Assembly (NCBI GenBank): GCA_965153455.1
Contig: OZ234494.1
Coordinates: forward strand, 11,594,001-11,658,000
DNA from: Sphagnum compactum
Taxonomy: Eukaryota
Reading direction: 5' to 3'
Length of the DNA stretch: 64,000 bases
Shown here: one piece after another, positions 12,273 through 26,759 of the stretch
Position numbering within the stretch: position 1 is the stretch's first letter
Layout: each line of letters begins with the position of its first letter
Notes under the pieces: model-generated
What the model was told of the DNA's origin: nothing
Database searches by the model: none
Seen by the model: only the letters and a program-made list of their open reading frames with translations
Translations under genes and position numbers: made by a program

Positions 12273-14497
12273 CAGTGAGCACATTATCAGACACAAGAAT
12301 GGATCATCATGAGATACATACTTACATACATGGCAGCAGGTAAAGATGAGAAGAAGAAACATCAGCTCCAGGTTTTCCCAAAACGAACAATCTTGAAGAT
12401 CATGCAATTGAATTGTGATCATGTGTGATGATGATGCTACCGAAAAACCACCAAAATACAAATGTTCTTTGGGGCGCAGACAAAATCAAACTGTTTGTTA
12501 CAACAATTTTGAATGTAGACTTAGTTGGGTAGTAGACGGACCACTTGAATTGTATGTAATTGTAATCTGACTATTTGAAGCTTAAATTCATTTGGATGAT
12601 GCATCTGTTTGCAATTCTGGTGCATTGGTCATTTCTGTAGCTAGTGAAATCTTCTTTGGATCACTTGCAAGCAGAATGAATGTTTTCAGTTGGAGCTTGA
12701 AGAATGTAAGCCAGAGTTTTTACAGCAAGGAGGTTCAAACTTTTGTACTGTTTATCCATTGCAGGGCACTGTGACAGGAAAGAGTTGGGACTCTGGGAAA
12801 GGAGGTTTTTTTTTCTGCAGTGCACATATTGATTTATAATATCGGGTTTCAAACAATGAAGTTACTCTTTTGAGCACACACAAGAGTTCAAAAAGTTTTC
12901 ATTTTAGTTGATACACCAAAGCCCGACAACAACATCACTAGTAGCTGAGCTCAAGTGTTTGTGACATGTGTATTCAACTTTGAGGTCAAGCAATATTAGT
13001 TAAAGACTTGCTCACACAAAAGTTTTAACCACCACCCAAGATCTTTCGAATGCAAAATTCACAGTTACAAACATATTTTGTCATGTCAACAGCTCATGTA
13101 TCAATTCACCTGATTTTTCAATTATGCTTGTTAATCATGATGGGTTGAGTTGCACCTTGATGTACTGTGCTCATAGGAGGTACCCTCAGGAAGGTCACTC
13201 TTTGTATATTATTTTTCTGCAACACATGAGATGAAGATGAATGTTTTGGTATGCTGCTATGAAAAAAAGGAACTTTGAATGAATATTTCATTATAATTAA
13301 AAATAGTCTAAAAATATTTCAAATACGTTTTCATAAATGAATTCTGGGCTCCCTATTTACATTTAAGTAAATTACAAAAAATTCCTTCAAAATGAATTAG
13401 TTGCAAGCTACATCTTTTTTTGCAATCTATTTTGATAGGAAGAAATGGAAGTGACTTCACCGGGGTACTGACTACTTGTGAGACTGACTACTTATGAGCT
13501 TCAAAACAGTATCCAGGAGTGAGATGAACATTGAAAGTCTTTCAAAACATGTAATTGTGAATAAATCATGATACTTAGACAATCTTCCACAATGAAAAAA
13601 AAAATGCTTGTGTTAAGAAGGCCCACGCCTCACTATCGAGTTTCATAAACCTGCCATCCCTAAAGAGTAAAGATTACATCGCAGTTGAAGCTGTAGACCA
13701 ACACCAAAAAGATCAAAGTTGCAGTGTGAATTCCAGCATCCAAAACTTACCCATTATTCTGCCAACTATTAAAAACAACTGCAAGAAGAAGACAAAGCTG
13801 TACAAACCTTGCCTAATGGAAATTTGCACATCAACCATTCTACCAAGAGGTCGTATAATGAGACTCTGTCAATATAATCTCATGAATAAAAACCCAAGTA
13901 ATAATCTGCCATAAGATTACTGGTAGCGATAGCTGAGTATAAAGCCAATTGCTACTTATCTTCCCTCATGGGAAATTCCTTATTCATAATAGCTGCTGTT
14001 GGCCAACAACTATAGCAGTGCTCTACTTTGATGTGTGGTCAACAGAAAAAGAATACAGTATATGTGCCAGCAGTATTAACATGCAATTTTATCTAGCAAA
14101 GAAGTCTGAGCATGCATGAAGCAAGAAAAAGCTTCTTGTGTCCCACATGATGCCCCATCCTTCTTTCAAAAACAATGAGAAAACCCTAAACCCTAAACCC
14201 TAGCCCTTAGCAAAGAAAGTCCAAAATGCAGTCTCACTGCTACAAGTCAAAAAACCCATTGCCAGAAGCTTGTAAAATGGAGAGCCCTGTGACAAAAAGC
14301 TCTGACACTTGATGTCAAATTGCAACTGCCTCAGTTTGGAGTGGATTGAACTTGGAGCTCAGACCTTTCATGTAGAAGCTCTTCATTGCTCAAATTAGGA
14401 ACATGCTGAAATAGCTTGTTTTGCGGGTGGACCAGGGCCGGGGGGGTGGAGTTCCAAAAACAAAAGAAGGAATTTGGGAAAATGATTTATACAAAGA

Positions 14498-17400
14498 CTA
14501 GACTTTCTGTTCCTTGGAAATTTTCATGCGCTCCAATTTTGTGCATTCCAGCACAATCTGATAATCTGAGGGGTAAAAAGCCCAGTGAAGACTGCGGTAG
14601 AGTAATTCAGGCAACAAGCATGCCACAACTACAATGGCTTGCAGAAGCCAGTAAGAAGGTGAGGGAGCCAAGACTTCGATGAACTCCTTGTATGCGGTTG
14701 TAGCGTCCAAAGGTGGCAGAGCTCCATAGACAAGGAGAAAGACATACCAGATAGCAATGCTGCCCCAGATGGCTAGATGATGAATCCATGTGAAGTACTG
14801 AACCATCATGTAGAGCTGCAAGTTTGGTACAAGCACCAGTGTGGTAAACATGGCACCCCCAAAATCTTGTACCGAAGATACTTCACCGCCACTGCGGAAT
14901 GCACTCAGTCCTGAGTAGATTGCCAGTGTGAAGAAGAAAATAACTGCTGAGGTGTATAATGAATATATAAGCCATGCAAATACACTCCTCTTGTTGAACA
15001 GCTCACCACGTTGCCCAGATTTATACAGCTCAGGATAACGAATTGCCTCATCTGCAGATACATCTTGGTCCAATACGCCTATGATGCATATTGGCAATGC
15101 TGTAAATATTGTGTTGTAGCAGGAAGCATACCAAGAGTTGTAGAATGGGGTCCCCGAAAAAAATGCAAAGCAATTGCAGTAGAATGCAATAAACCCAAGC
15201 ATGCATACTTTGTAAAAGAAATACAGCATCTGCAAAAAAATTTGCACATTTGACTCATGTCAGGGAGAAAGAATTCATACCCAGAAGTCTCAATTTCATA
15301 TGTTATGCTTGCAATATTAGTATCATCAGCATTTTGTTGAAGGAGTTTGAGAATGTACCATCAGAGAGACACGACGATAACACCAGTGACCATGAACAAG
15401 AAGCAAGCGTTCCAAAAATCGGAATTGGGAAATGGCATAGTCAGCAGCTGCTGCTGCCTGCATCCACCAAGATCCCAAAAGCAATTTAAGCAATATAAGT
15501 CATAACAGCTGAATCCTTACTCAGATGCATGCATATAAACCCCAGGAAATCACTCCTTTCAATAACATCATCCACAATTGACTATTTTTGTGACTACAAT
15601 CACTTTTGTAACCTAGAATACTAAACAAGCAAACTTGTCCTGAAACAGATGCTGTAGGTTGATGACCAGTGGTAATAAGATGGACCCATAGATTGATACT
15701 CAGATAATGTGTGAATTTTGTCACCCAATTGTCTCGTTTTTCTTTTCAGCTGGAATTACAAATGAAATTTTTTACATTACCTGAGCACCTTCGACACCTG
15801 AGATGCCAACACCAACATCAGCAGATTGAATCATTCCAACATCATTTGCACCATCACCAATTGCCAGGCACAATCGGTTCTGGCCAAGCCCCTTTCTTAC
15901 TAGCAGGGTAACCTGAGCTTTTTGGCGGGGTGATACCCTGCAGCAAAGCACGGAAGAGCAATTGATGCACACTTGCAAAAAGTGTTCTTGCAGCTCTTCA
16001 TCTGCCAAGATGAACGCCAAGGATTGACCATCAATGATCAGTGCATACTCCACAGCAGTTGTATCTGAATCTGCTCGTCGCAAAGGCCGATCTATAGTGG
16101 ACTCTTCTAAACCTCCTCCTCCTATTGGGCTATGATTGGATTTGAATGCTGTCATCTCAAACCCATTTTGTGCACTAGAGCTTGGGCTACCCAAATGACG
16201 GCCACTCCGTTTACTTACATTACGTGACAAGGTACTATGTTGACTTAAACTACGTGATAATGTCCTCTGTAAACTCCCACTAGGATTAAGTGCTTGTGCA
16301 TTGCTCAATGTGGACTCTCGAGGATTTTCATGGCCAGTTAAAACCAAATCAAGGGCCTCTGAAAGCTTGTGGCCCACAAATGCCTTTTGCTCCTGCAAAT
16401 TCAACATGAAACCTGTGTACATGAGCAAAATGCCAACAAATAAAACATAGACTATGATGCCTGGTTCAAAGAACTTCATTCTGTGTATAGCTTCAAGTCA
16501 ACAACAAATTCATTCATTCTTTCTGTGGCATGTCTGACATTCCTCTGATAGTTACAACAAAAGAGCAAAGAACCAACCTCTTCAACAACGTTGTTAGGAA
16601 GATTATCCCTTGTAGCTCTTTCTTCAAGAGCATGCGCTTCAGGACCGTCTAAACTCACTAGCAAATTATCCATGCCCTGACGAAGCAAACTGCATACCAT
16701 CACACCCGGATAGCATGGTGAATAAGACACAATAAATGAAGAAAAAGGAAAAAATTCCTCAGTAAATAGATTAGGTGAAATGAGTATTCGTGCATATGCT
16801 AACCCGTAGTTCTCTTTGCAGAATTCCTGTTTCATTGTGGAGGTCTCAAAAGCACACAATACTATCACTTGGTTTAGAAATCTGATCTCCAAATGATCCT
16901 TGAGCCTTGGAAACAATCAAGAGTTCTTTGATACCCAAATCATGTTCCACAAGATTCAAGCATTCGATTAGCTCGGTGTTTCAAGGGGCTCTCCTGTGCT
17001 GGGCATGCTACAAATGCATGGGTGCAAAGGACATAAAAGAGTGCACTTAGTGCAGCTTGAAGCCAATTAAAACTGGGTCATGAACTGATCACGGGCTCAC
17101 ATGGACTCAATCACAACCCAAATTCCTATGAAAGGGACTATCTCCCATGGATTTAATCATAGTCCCAACTCCTATGAAAGGCGCTAGTTTGCTTATAGTA
17201 TACTTTGTGCATCAACACATTAACTACCAAAGATTGAAAAGAAAGCACTACTCCCTTCTTTATAGTATCCTTTGCATCAACACAGTAAGTAGGCACTACT
17301 CTCCTCCATATAATATACTTTGTATCAGCACAGTAAATAACAGACAAATAGAGATTGAAAAGTGGGAAGTGTGTGCAAACTGTCTACACACCTGCAAGCG

Positions 17401-20074
17401 TATCCAATGTTAATGGCAGTTTCAACCTTGTCTCCAGTCAAGACCCAGATGTTAATACCAGCTCGAGCCAAGCGATCGATAGTTTCAGGAACACCATCTT
17501 GAAGTTTATCCTCAACTCCAGTACCACCAACAACAGTAAGACCACGTTCGATTTCATCTGCAACTTCCTCAGTACGAAGCTCCCTTTCACGCCCGAGAGT
17601 AGCTCGAACTTCAGCATACTTGGATTGCCATCTTTGGTACTCGTCTTCACTGAGCTCTCTGTAAGCAACCACAAGAGTGCGAAGCCCAACCTGCCCAAAT
17701 TCCTTCAAATCCTTCTTGGTTTCTTTCACAAATCCACTCTTGTTTCTGTCCACTCTCTGGAGCATCACAGAATCAGCTCCTTTGGAAAGAAGCAGCAAGC
17801 GACCATCCGGGAATCGCACAATCACTGACATACGCTTTCGTGCACTGGTGAACTCCAACACATTCAACAATTGGTAGACTTGCTCCACAGGAGCTGCAGT
17901 GGGACTTGGAGTTTCTCTGACGTACAGAGCTGTGGGAGTTCGCTTGTAGAAGAAGAATCCAAATTGCTTGGCAGCCACAACCAGAGCAGCTTCATCAGGA
18001 GATTCAGCTCTGTAGTGCATGGTATGTGGGTTGTCTGGATTTCCATCAGGAATTGCTGTGTGACAAAGTGCAAGTATCTGGAAGAAGAATCGGACGTTGT
18101 CAGCATTGGGTTCATGGATCCAGTTGCCACCTAACAGCCTTGGATCATAGAAGTTGAACCCTTTCTCACGATATGGGTTGTTCTCAGGACCATAAGGTCC
18201 ATTACTAGCATCATCAGGCAGCTGCACCAACATGTTGGTGTTGTTTTCTGTTGTCAAAATCTCCGGCTGTTGATTAGCAACAACAGCAATGTTCTGCAGC
18301 TCTTTGGAGGAGTGCCTAGAAGCTGGATTCTTCTTGTAACCTTCTTTTGGGTCATGGGGATGTGATGGATCTGAACCATGATCATCATCACCAAGAGCAA
18401 GGCCTAGTATCTTAGCAGCTCTTTCGACTTCTGTAGTACCCATTCCATAAGCAACTCCGGCAATGGAAGCACGAAAGAAGTCCATCTGATTGCTGGTAAG
18501 AGTACCAGTTTTGTCAGAGAAGATGGTATCGACTTGCCCTAATTCTTCATTCAAACCTGCAGATTTCACTTTAGCACCTTTCTGGGTGATGATGGAGTCA
18601 TACATGTGGAGATCTTCAGCTATGAACTGGGCTTGAATCGCGCGAACAATTTCTAGCGAGACATACAAGGCAATGGGCACAAAGTAGCCATAGAGAATCA
18701 AACTGTTGAAGAAGGAAACAACTCCTGCAACTGCATCTTCGTTGGGATTGTAGATTGTGGCATAGTCTGTGTCACCGATGGTGGGCAACAAGTACCACTG
18801 ATTGCTTCCTGCACCTTTGGTACGAACTGCCAACAGAACTGCAGTCAAGATGCTGACGAAGAGCAGCAGAGCGAACATGATCCAGATGATCTTGTCCAGA
18901 GTCTTGTCGACTCTACTGCGCTTGGAAGGAGGAGGCAACGAGTTTTGCATCACTTTGGTATCATGTCCTGTGTACACAACTGCTCCCACTATGCTCCCCG
19001 TGTTCTGCAGACTGGAGTCGCGTAGCAGTATCTGTGAAGGTCCGATCGGAAACGATCTTCTATCAGGAAACTCAAGCACACCTGCGAATGTGTACAAAGA
19101 AGCATTGGGTGGTTCGCATCGCAAGACCGCTTCGAAATTCTTCAGCACTTGTTTTCCTCCGTTGTTGTTCTTGCCAGATTCTTCTGCAGCGCCGCCATCA
19201 TCATCATCATCATCCACAACACCCCATGTACACTCTAGCGATTGTCGCACTTTCAAGTTGGTCTCGCCGTCGAGATTCATGGTCTCGACGTAACAGATCC
19301 CATCAGGTCCGGTTGACGACAACAACAGCAGATCCGCAGGAAAGTAGTTGCCATCACTGACTTTCACGAGATCACCCACTCGCACATTTCTCCACTCCTT
19401 CTCTTCGAACTTGCCTTGATCTCCGGAATATACAAGAGTGGGTCGAGAGTTCACCTGCCTGTCGCCTCGAGAGCGGCGTACATCTTCCACAAAGTCGCGT
19501 AAGAGGCCGAGAACCAGGACGAATGCCAGAGGTAACCATAGACTGATTGTCCCGTAAGGACCGAATCCCGCTGATGCGAGAATTGCGATCGCTGTGAAGT
19601 ACCAGTATGCTGCTCTTCGGTACTGTTCGAAGAGCGCCATTGGTAAGAAACTGTACCATGTATACTTGGTTGTCGATGTGCGATTTGACGCATACCTGCA
19701 GCAGCAAAATTCCCCCGGACCCCGATCGTCAAATTCTTCACAATCGAACATGATCTCATGAGCTTCGAGATTCGAGTTCTTTCTTTCTTTCTTTCTTTTT
19801 TGGGCCTTCCAGGTGCACTTTGTGAGCAGATTGAATTCCTCGACATGAGAAGAATCAGCAACGGCATATTGATATGTGCGTGGGTGCACCCACAAAGCAA
19901 GCGAGAGAGAAAGAGAGAGAGGATTTGGTGAGAATTTTCAAACCCGGTGGAAGAATTGAGGTCGGGTCGATTGCAGTGAACAATACGAGATTCAGCTTCT
20001 TCAGATTCTTGGTTGCTGTTTCCACCACGCCGCCACCATCTTCCCTTCCACCACTTGAGTCGATCATTCGCCAT
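14498..20074 (-). CDS. ALA: P4-type phospholipid-transporting ATPase (ALA flippase), about 1329 aa, 6 exons
   Basis: Predicted exons 20074-19944, 19695-17392, 16689-16578, 16392-15781, 15457-15359 and 15229-14498. All introns are GT-AG with consistent phases (3990 nt total). Motifs: [20 protein letters not shown] phosphorylation site, [42 protein letters not shown], then C-terminal TM helices. Confidence 0.95.
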
Positions 20075-20937
20075 GATGTCTGCAGCTTGAATTCCTCTTT
20101 TCCCTCCTCCCCCACAATCTCCAACTTTCTCTTCTTCTGCTCCTGCTCAAGTCTTCAAAAAAACACTACCAACTCTTTTTCTTGTGCAGCTCCAGCGACC
20201 TGACTGATGAACTTCACAGCTCTACTACTAAGTCTCAACAATTGCCTGCAACTTCCCGAAGGGAAAAAAAAAAAAAAAAACTGTTTTGACACTCTTCTGC
20301 AGCAGCTTCTGTACAACAAACTCCTGCCAAATTTTGGGATTCACGTGATTGTAATAATCCACCTTGAATCAAACCCATGGCCAAAACCACAAGCTCAAAT
20401 TTTGACCACTACACAAAATTTGGCATTTGTGCACCATTCAGCAGCAGCAGCAGCAGCAGCTCCAAAACATTGAGGACCAACTGCTGAGCTGCTGTGTGAT
20501 CAAATTTTTCATGAAAACCGAACCAAGTCTAGACAATTTATATACAAGTACATACATACAGCTTCTTCCCAAACCCAGCTGAGGAAAGAACCAACAAAAA
20601 ACATCTCCAAAAAAACCGCAAGGTGCCAAACAAAAGTTTAACCTAATTTGTGAGCGCTTGCCACTTCTTCCCTCTCCACCATTTCAGCTCTTCGCTCACC
20701 TCCTTCCTCCTCAGACGACAAGTGTGTAATTACACGTCAAAAGCAGAAGGCGCTGCAAGAAGCCAAAGGCGAAGGAACGAAGCAAACACGGAAGGACATA
20801 CGCGGTAGCACCCCGAGCTCCACAGGACGACGACGATGACGACGACACAGTTCCATCCCCAGTTATATCCCCAGTTCGATCCCCAGTTCGTCCATTACCC
20901 ACCCCGAACCCCCCCAAGATTCGTCCAGTGTCCAGTT

Positions 20938-21257
20938 CAGCCTTTTTTTACTGGCGAGAAATCCCGGCAAAAAGAGAAATTAAATTTTTTTTTGTGAAAA
21001 TGAAGTGAGTTTCGAGAACTGAGGGAAATATATAATTAAACATCGCCAGATTATATTATATTATATTATATATTTGGTTTTCATTGTGTAGCCAAAAATA
21101 TAAAAAGATGATTAGGGTTTTGTAGTTCATATATATAGTATATAGCCATATTTGGCTAAATCTTCCTATGGATGATCCCCACGTTTTCTACAACTTCCTA
21201 TTGATGATCACTTCTTTGGCTAAAAAACAAAACAAAAAACAAAAAATCCTAAAATAA
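20938..21257 (+). repeat. Dispersed non-autonomous repeat; related copies at about 8696-9190, 48178-48460, 53655-53890 and 63300-63560
   Basis: Shared core TAGCCA(T/A)AT(T/C)TGGCTAAATCTTCCTATGGATGAT, or its reverse complement ATCCA(T/C)AGGA.GATT(T/A)AGCCA.GTTTGGCTA, in both orientations. Several copies begin CAG(T/G)GTTTT and end AAAA..CTG. Confidence 0.65.
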
Positions 21258-22605
21258 ATTCAGTTCCTACGTCCCCAGTTCATGCACAGAAGATGAAGTG
21301 AATTTTACAGTATATACACAATCCCCTGCCGACACCTTTGCACACTACTGTACAGTTTTTTTTTAATTTTTAAAATAATTTTTAATTTTTAAAATAATTT
21401 TTTAATTAAAAAATAAATTTTGGCATAACCCTCTTGGTTGCTAGAATCACAAGAGGGACTGTGCATAAAAATTATGACATTTTAAAATACACATGAAAAC
21501 TGTTAACCAAACAAAAGAAAGAGGGGGAAATGTGATGAAAATTTTCAATTAATTTTTTGCAAAATCTGGTGAAATTTTCGCTAGAAAACAAGGAATCTAA
21601 GATTAAATATGCACCTTTTTATTTTAATTTTTGCCATTTGTGCAAAAATTTGCACCTTAAAAAAGGGCTAATTTATGAGATCACTTAGTTTACTTCTTAA
21701 GAGTGTCAGTTATTAAATTAAAATAAAAAGGGGCATTTTTTTTGAGAAACAGGACCCAGAGGTCCTTTGATTTTGAATTTTTTGAAAAACATTGGAATTT
21801 GAAGGTTCTTTGATTTTGATTAAATTTTTAAAATCAAATCTGGAAATTATTTTTTAAAATCTAATAATTACCCAGTATCGCTAATTTCCATGACTTTACA
21901 TTAGACCTTTCAAATGGGTTTAAATGCAGTTTTAACACATTTCTTTGGCGTGTGCAATCGTTATGAATTGCCATTCATAGCAAGTAATGTTGTTATGTGT
22001 TTATTAGATTCTCACCTAGCACTATTGAAATTAATAAAATCACACACATGAAAACATGAACAAAAATCCTCTTCTTCTTTTTTTGTGTTCTAAAATTTCA
22101 AAACGTAAAAGATGGACACTTACATTAAAATATATCTTAATAGAAAAGAAAAATTATAGAAACTCAAATATTTCACCATGCAAAAATATAATATTCAAAA
22201 AATCCTCTAAAAGAAATCAAAATCCTTCTAGATATTATAACTTTATAACTAATCTCAAGTTTCAACACAAGTCAAAATATCATCTTTCAAAAATCCTCAT
22301 ATAAAAATAAACCTATTACCTAGGGGCCAAAATCCCTTAAGCTACTGTACTCTATAATGAATACAAACGCAATATCCTTGCCTTGGTACGCAAGGCCAAT
22401 AAATGGTATTAGCTTCACAGTCTATCTAGTTTTAATTATGTTTTAGATACACAAAGGTCCTAATTAAAAAAATTACGAGACATGTCATATGAAGATGACT
22501 CACAATTTGATTAACAGCTCTCACAGCTCCTTGGTTTTATGAATGCAAAAGGTGCTAACCACTGTTGGTGAAAAAATGCAATGGAAACAGGCTGTTATGT
22601 TCTTA

Positions 22606-22979
22606 GAGCATCTCCACCGGTGCTCAGTATGTCACTCTGGATAACAAAATTAAATGTTTAAGTTTAGCTGTTTTGTTTTTTTGGCAACCCCACCAATAAA
22701 ACTGTAACTGGAAGTGCATATATGTGGGGACTACTAATAGCAAACCACCTGGACCAATCTTATGATCAACCAATCAGAAATACTGAGCCCCAGTGAGATC
22801 CAATTTATTACACTCTTTCTTGGAGGTGCACAACTGTGTTGCGCCTTTTACAAACCACGGCAATCTGGACGAATTTGGTGCACAAAAACCAATTTCATGA
22901 GCTAAACCGGCATATTTTGACTTTTTCACAACAAATTTTACTGTCTGGAGTCACATACCGAGCACCAGTGGAGATGCTC
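22606..22979. mobile_element. Tourist-like (PIF/Harbinger) MITE, 374 bp
   Basis: TIRs of about 45 bp (GAGCATCTCCACCGGTGCTCAGTATGT... / ...ACATACCGAGCACCAGTGGAGATGCTC), flanked by a TTA TSD at 22603-22605 and 22980-22982. Confidence 0.92.
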
Positions 22980-25158
22980 TTAGAACGAAATAAGGAATTG
23001 TCTCAGAACCTTGAACTGATCAACATTGGCACAAAACCAATACATTTTGAGTAATGTCTCCCACCCATGGGCTTTACCCAAAGCACAAGGCAAAGGTTAT
23101 CATGAACTCAATGTGCATAGATCATGAGGCATAAGAGGGTGAGGGTTCTTATGGAGATGAAAAGTGGAGTAGACATAACAGCACTCCATTTTTCTAGGGG
23201 GATTAGGATATTCATGGATATAATAAGGTGGTCTCCAAATATCTTAGGAAATTTGTCTGGTTTCTTGATGTTACTTGAAAGATTTGCCTTAATCATTTGT
23301 CAATGCCATACAATCGATACATGCATGAGAGTCATGTCAGAAGTCCTTTGTTGGCTGATGCTACTTGAAATCTAGGTTTGTTATCTTATCATTCTTTGCT
23401 TGATTTTGGCTAAAGTTTCCACCCAAAATCTTCCCAAGTGTGTAAAGTTTGGATTAAACAGTTTTTCATCAATGGTATTGAAACATGACTGTTATTTTTT
23501 TAGATACCATCATGGACAACTAAATTACACAAGATACAATTAAGTTATCCATAAAGTAATTTTGAGTTTCAGCCTCACTTTCCAACGTCAGTCACTGGAC
23601 CGGCCCTGAAAACACAGAATAGCTTTGAAAAATCTAACCACCATGGTCACTTTTCAAACCACGGGCCGTTTCCTTCCATGGTCACAGACCAGGGACCAGG
23701 GGGTGAAATAGGTAAGGCCCGTTGACCTAGTTATCTATGGGCTACCTACCTACCCTACCCACCTTGTTACCTATGACTACATACCTAACTAAGAATACTC
23801 ATAGGCTACCCACCTATCTACCCAAAAGCTACCTATGGTCTACCTACTCATCTACCCATGGGTCATCTAGGGACCACCTAGGGAGTTTTATAGGGATTAT
23901 TACCTAGAGGGCATATAAGGGTTATGTAGGGTCTTCCTAAATTAGGGGATACCTAGGGACCACTCCTAAAGTTATCTAAGGGCTATCTAAAGGACTATTT
24001 TGAGGGTTATTGTTAAATGCAAAATTAGCGTATCTTTAACACCTTACTGGGGTCACTCCCCCTTATTCTCTTGGAGATCGTAAAAGGGGAGTCACAACTT
24101 ATTACCCAACTTCCATTCCCTGGTTCCTTGTTTTCTTGGTTATGTTCTTTTCTCATGTTTGTTACAAACAACTATCCTACCTTTTCTTCTAACAACTTTC
24201 TTTTCTTATTTTCTTGGTTATATCCTTTTCCCCTATTTGCTGTCGACAACTATCCAACCTCTCCTTTTAACAACTTTCTTTTTTTTCATTTTTTTTGTAT
24301 TTGATTCTTCTATTTGCTCTAGACAACAATTTAAACCTTTCTTTGCCACTCTCTTCTCCATGCACTTAACCAACTACAACCCTAAACTAGGGCAACCTTA
24401 TACAAACATCATCAAATTAGAATTACAACAAGTCTTTACTCAAAAAAAAAATGTGTCACCTCCAAGAAGTGGCTACAATGCAATTTTGTTTCAATCCCAA
24501 GTCTCCCACTCCTTTCTCCTCACTAAATAAACCTTAACACCATCTTTGTACTACTTTCCTCCATTACAATCCTACCTCCCAACCTATACCGCCAAAACTT
24601 TCTACCACACCTCAAAAACAATCTCCTTTCCACTCTACTTCTGTTGGACAACCTTCCTCTCAACTCCTTGGTTTTCTTGCTTTCACAAGAGGGTAGACCA
24701 TTACTTTTTTATTCTTAAGCTTCACAAAAAAACCCTTTCATGTTCTCTTCCCTTTTCTACTCCTATCTCCCCTATCCAACGACAAGCTTAAAGACATTTT
24801 CTTGATTTTTCACCATTCGCCGCTAGTCACCATGCTCATGAAGTTCCTCACTTGAGCAACTGCCCCTATCATCACTTGATGATCTTGCCTCCATCTTGCA
24901 GACCATGTGTTGATTTGACTATCTTTTGATAAAACTTAATCACCCACTATGTTGTAGCCCCTCTCTTCACTAATTTTGCCTCCTCATGATGTGCCAAGAT
25001 CTATCCTCATCTTTACAATTCACAACATCATCATGATTCAAGAAGAGGAAAGAAGGACCAACAATTGCTTTCTTTCCTCTTAGCTTCAAGAAGATGACAC
25101 TATTACTATCTTGCCCTAACCCTAATTGCTAAAAGTTGTTGGGAAGCATCCCCCCCCC

Positions 25159-25580
25159 AGGGTGCAATCACACTAACACGAGCCACAACAAATGTAATTA
25201 GTACTTAGTTTTTCACATTTAGAAGTGGTAATTTAATTTCGTGTTGAAAGTATAAGACTTTTTTATATAATTCAGGTTCATAATATATCATTGGAACATG
25301 TGAATTATTTGAAAAATATCCGATGAAATAATAAGCTTTCAAAAACACTCATTAAACATTGTAACGTGTGTTTTTTAGTACTAAAAAGATTTATAAATAG
25401 ACTTTAAAACTTTTGACAATTACATATATTTTGAAATATTTACATAAACCTTAACATGGTAATATTAAAAAAAACTATAAATTTTTTTGAAGATTTTTTT
25501 AAAAATATTCTAAAAAATATTCCACCAAAAGCAATCCCAAAAGCAAGTAGGTGCAACTCGTGTTATCCCATTTGCACCCC
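25159..25580. mobile_element. Probable old MITE
   Basis: Imperfect inverted ends GGGTGCAATCACACTAACACGAG ... CTCGTGTTATCCCATTTGCACCC around a very AT-rich interior; no clear TSD. Confidence 0.45.
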
Positions 25581-26759
25581 TTTATCCGTACTTCCTTATC
25601 TAGCAACTTTAACCAATCTCAAACAACGATAAATAACCCAACCTTATTTTAATCCAATTAACCTATTTCCCCCTTTATCCTAACCAATCACTCGCCATTC
25701 AAGTCTTACTAAGATAAGGTCATATGCCTTAACCTACCCCCTTAGACTTATGGTTAACCCCAAAACTTCCTTAGCCGCCTTACCCTTCCTAATGAAAATT
25801 GGGTTAAACTAATTTAGACCCAACAATTATGTTGGGTTATTTTGGGGCCATTTAACAAGGTTGTTTAAGGTCCATCTATGGGATTGTGTTAGCCAAGTGA
25901 GACATAGAAAATACTTATAAAGTTACCTAAAGGACTATTTAAAGGCTATATAGGGACCTCCTAAGAAACTACCTAGGGATTTTTTTTGGGTTTATTTATG
26001 GGTTACATAGGGGCCTATTTAAGGTACACCTAGGGTATTATTTAGTGGTTAGGTAGGGGTTATATTGGAGGTTATGTTGTGATAATTTTGGGGTCACTTT
26101 GGGGCTAATTAAGGGACTATTAAGTAGATCACTTACGAAATTCTTAAATTAAAAGATACATAGTGGATACCGAAGGGTTACCTATAGGCTTACATAAGGG
26201 TTACCTAGGGAGTTATTAAGGAAACTATTTAGGGACTTTCTAAATGAAGGCGTACATTTGTTGTATTTATAAGGTTACATAAGGGGCTATCTAAAGGATA
26301 CTTAGGAAATTAAGTAAAAGCTTTCTTTGGTTAGGGTCATCCATATAATATAATTTTAAAAGCTATTTAAGAATCACCTGAGGACATATTTTAGAATCAC
26401 AAAAGGGTTTACTTAAACTAGGGTTACTTAATTACTATTTACAAGGTATTGAAGTGAAGGGTTACTTAAGGTGTTACATTTGGCTTACTTAGGCATATAT
26501 AAAAACCATCAAAACAATTGTCCAAAATCATCCAACACCCTAATCTTATCCCCATTCATAATCCATAAACCCAAAATCACAATACAATTAAATGCAAATT
26601 TAAAACCTTAATTGTCAACCTAGTGCAAAAGGTTGATCCACAAAATTTGCTTAAAACCCATTAGCCTTGTTTTATAAGGTTGGATTATATAAATAGAAAC
26701 ATTTCCCACATTCTACTTCTTTTCATTCCACTTGTGAAAGGTATTTTCACTTGGAGATC

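Noticed and set aside
17325-19895. 856-aa ORF taken as a complete protein
   Set aside because: It is ALA exon 2 extended into the flanking introns; the splice model places the exon at 19695-17392.
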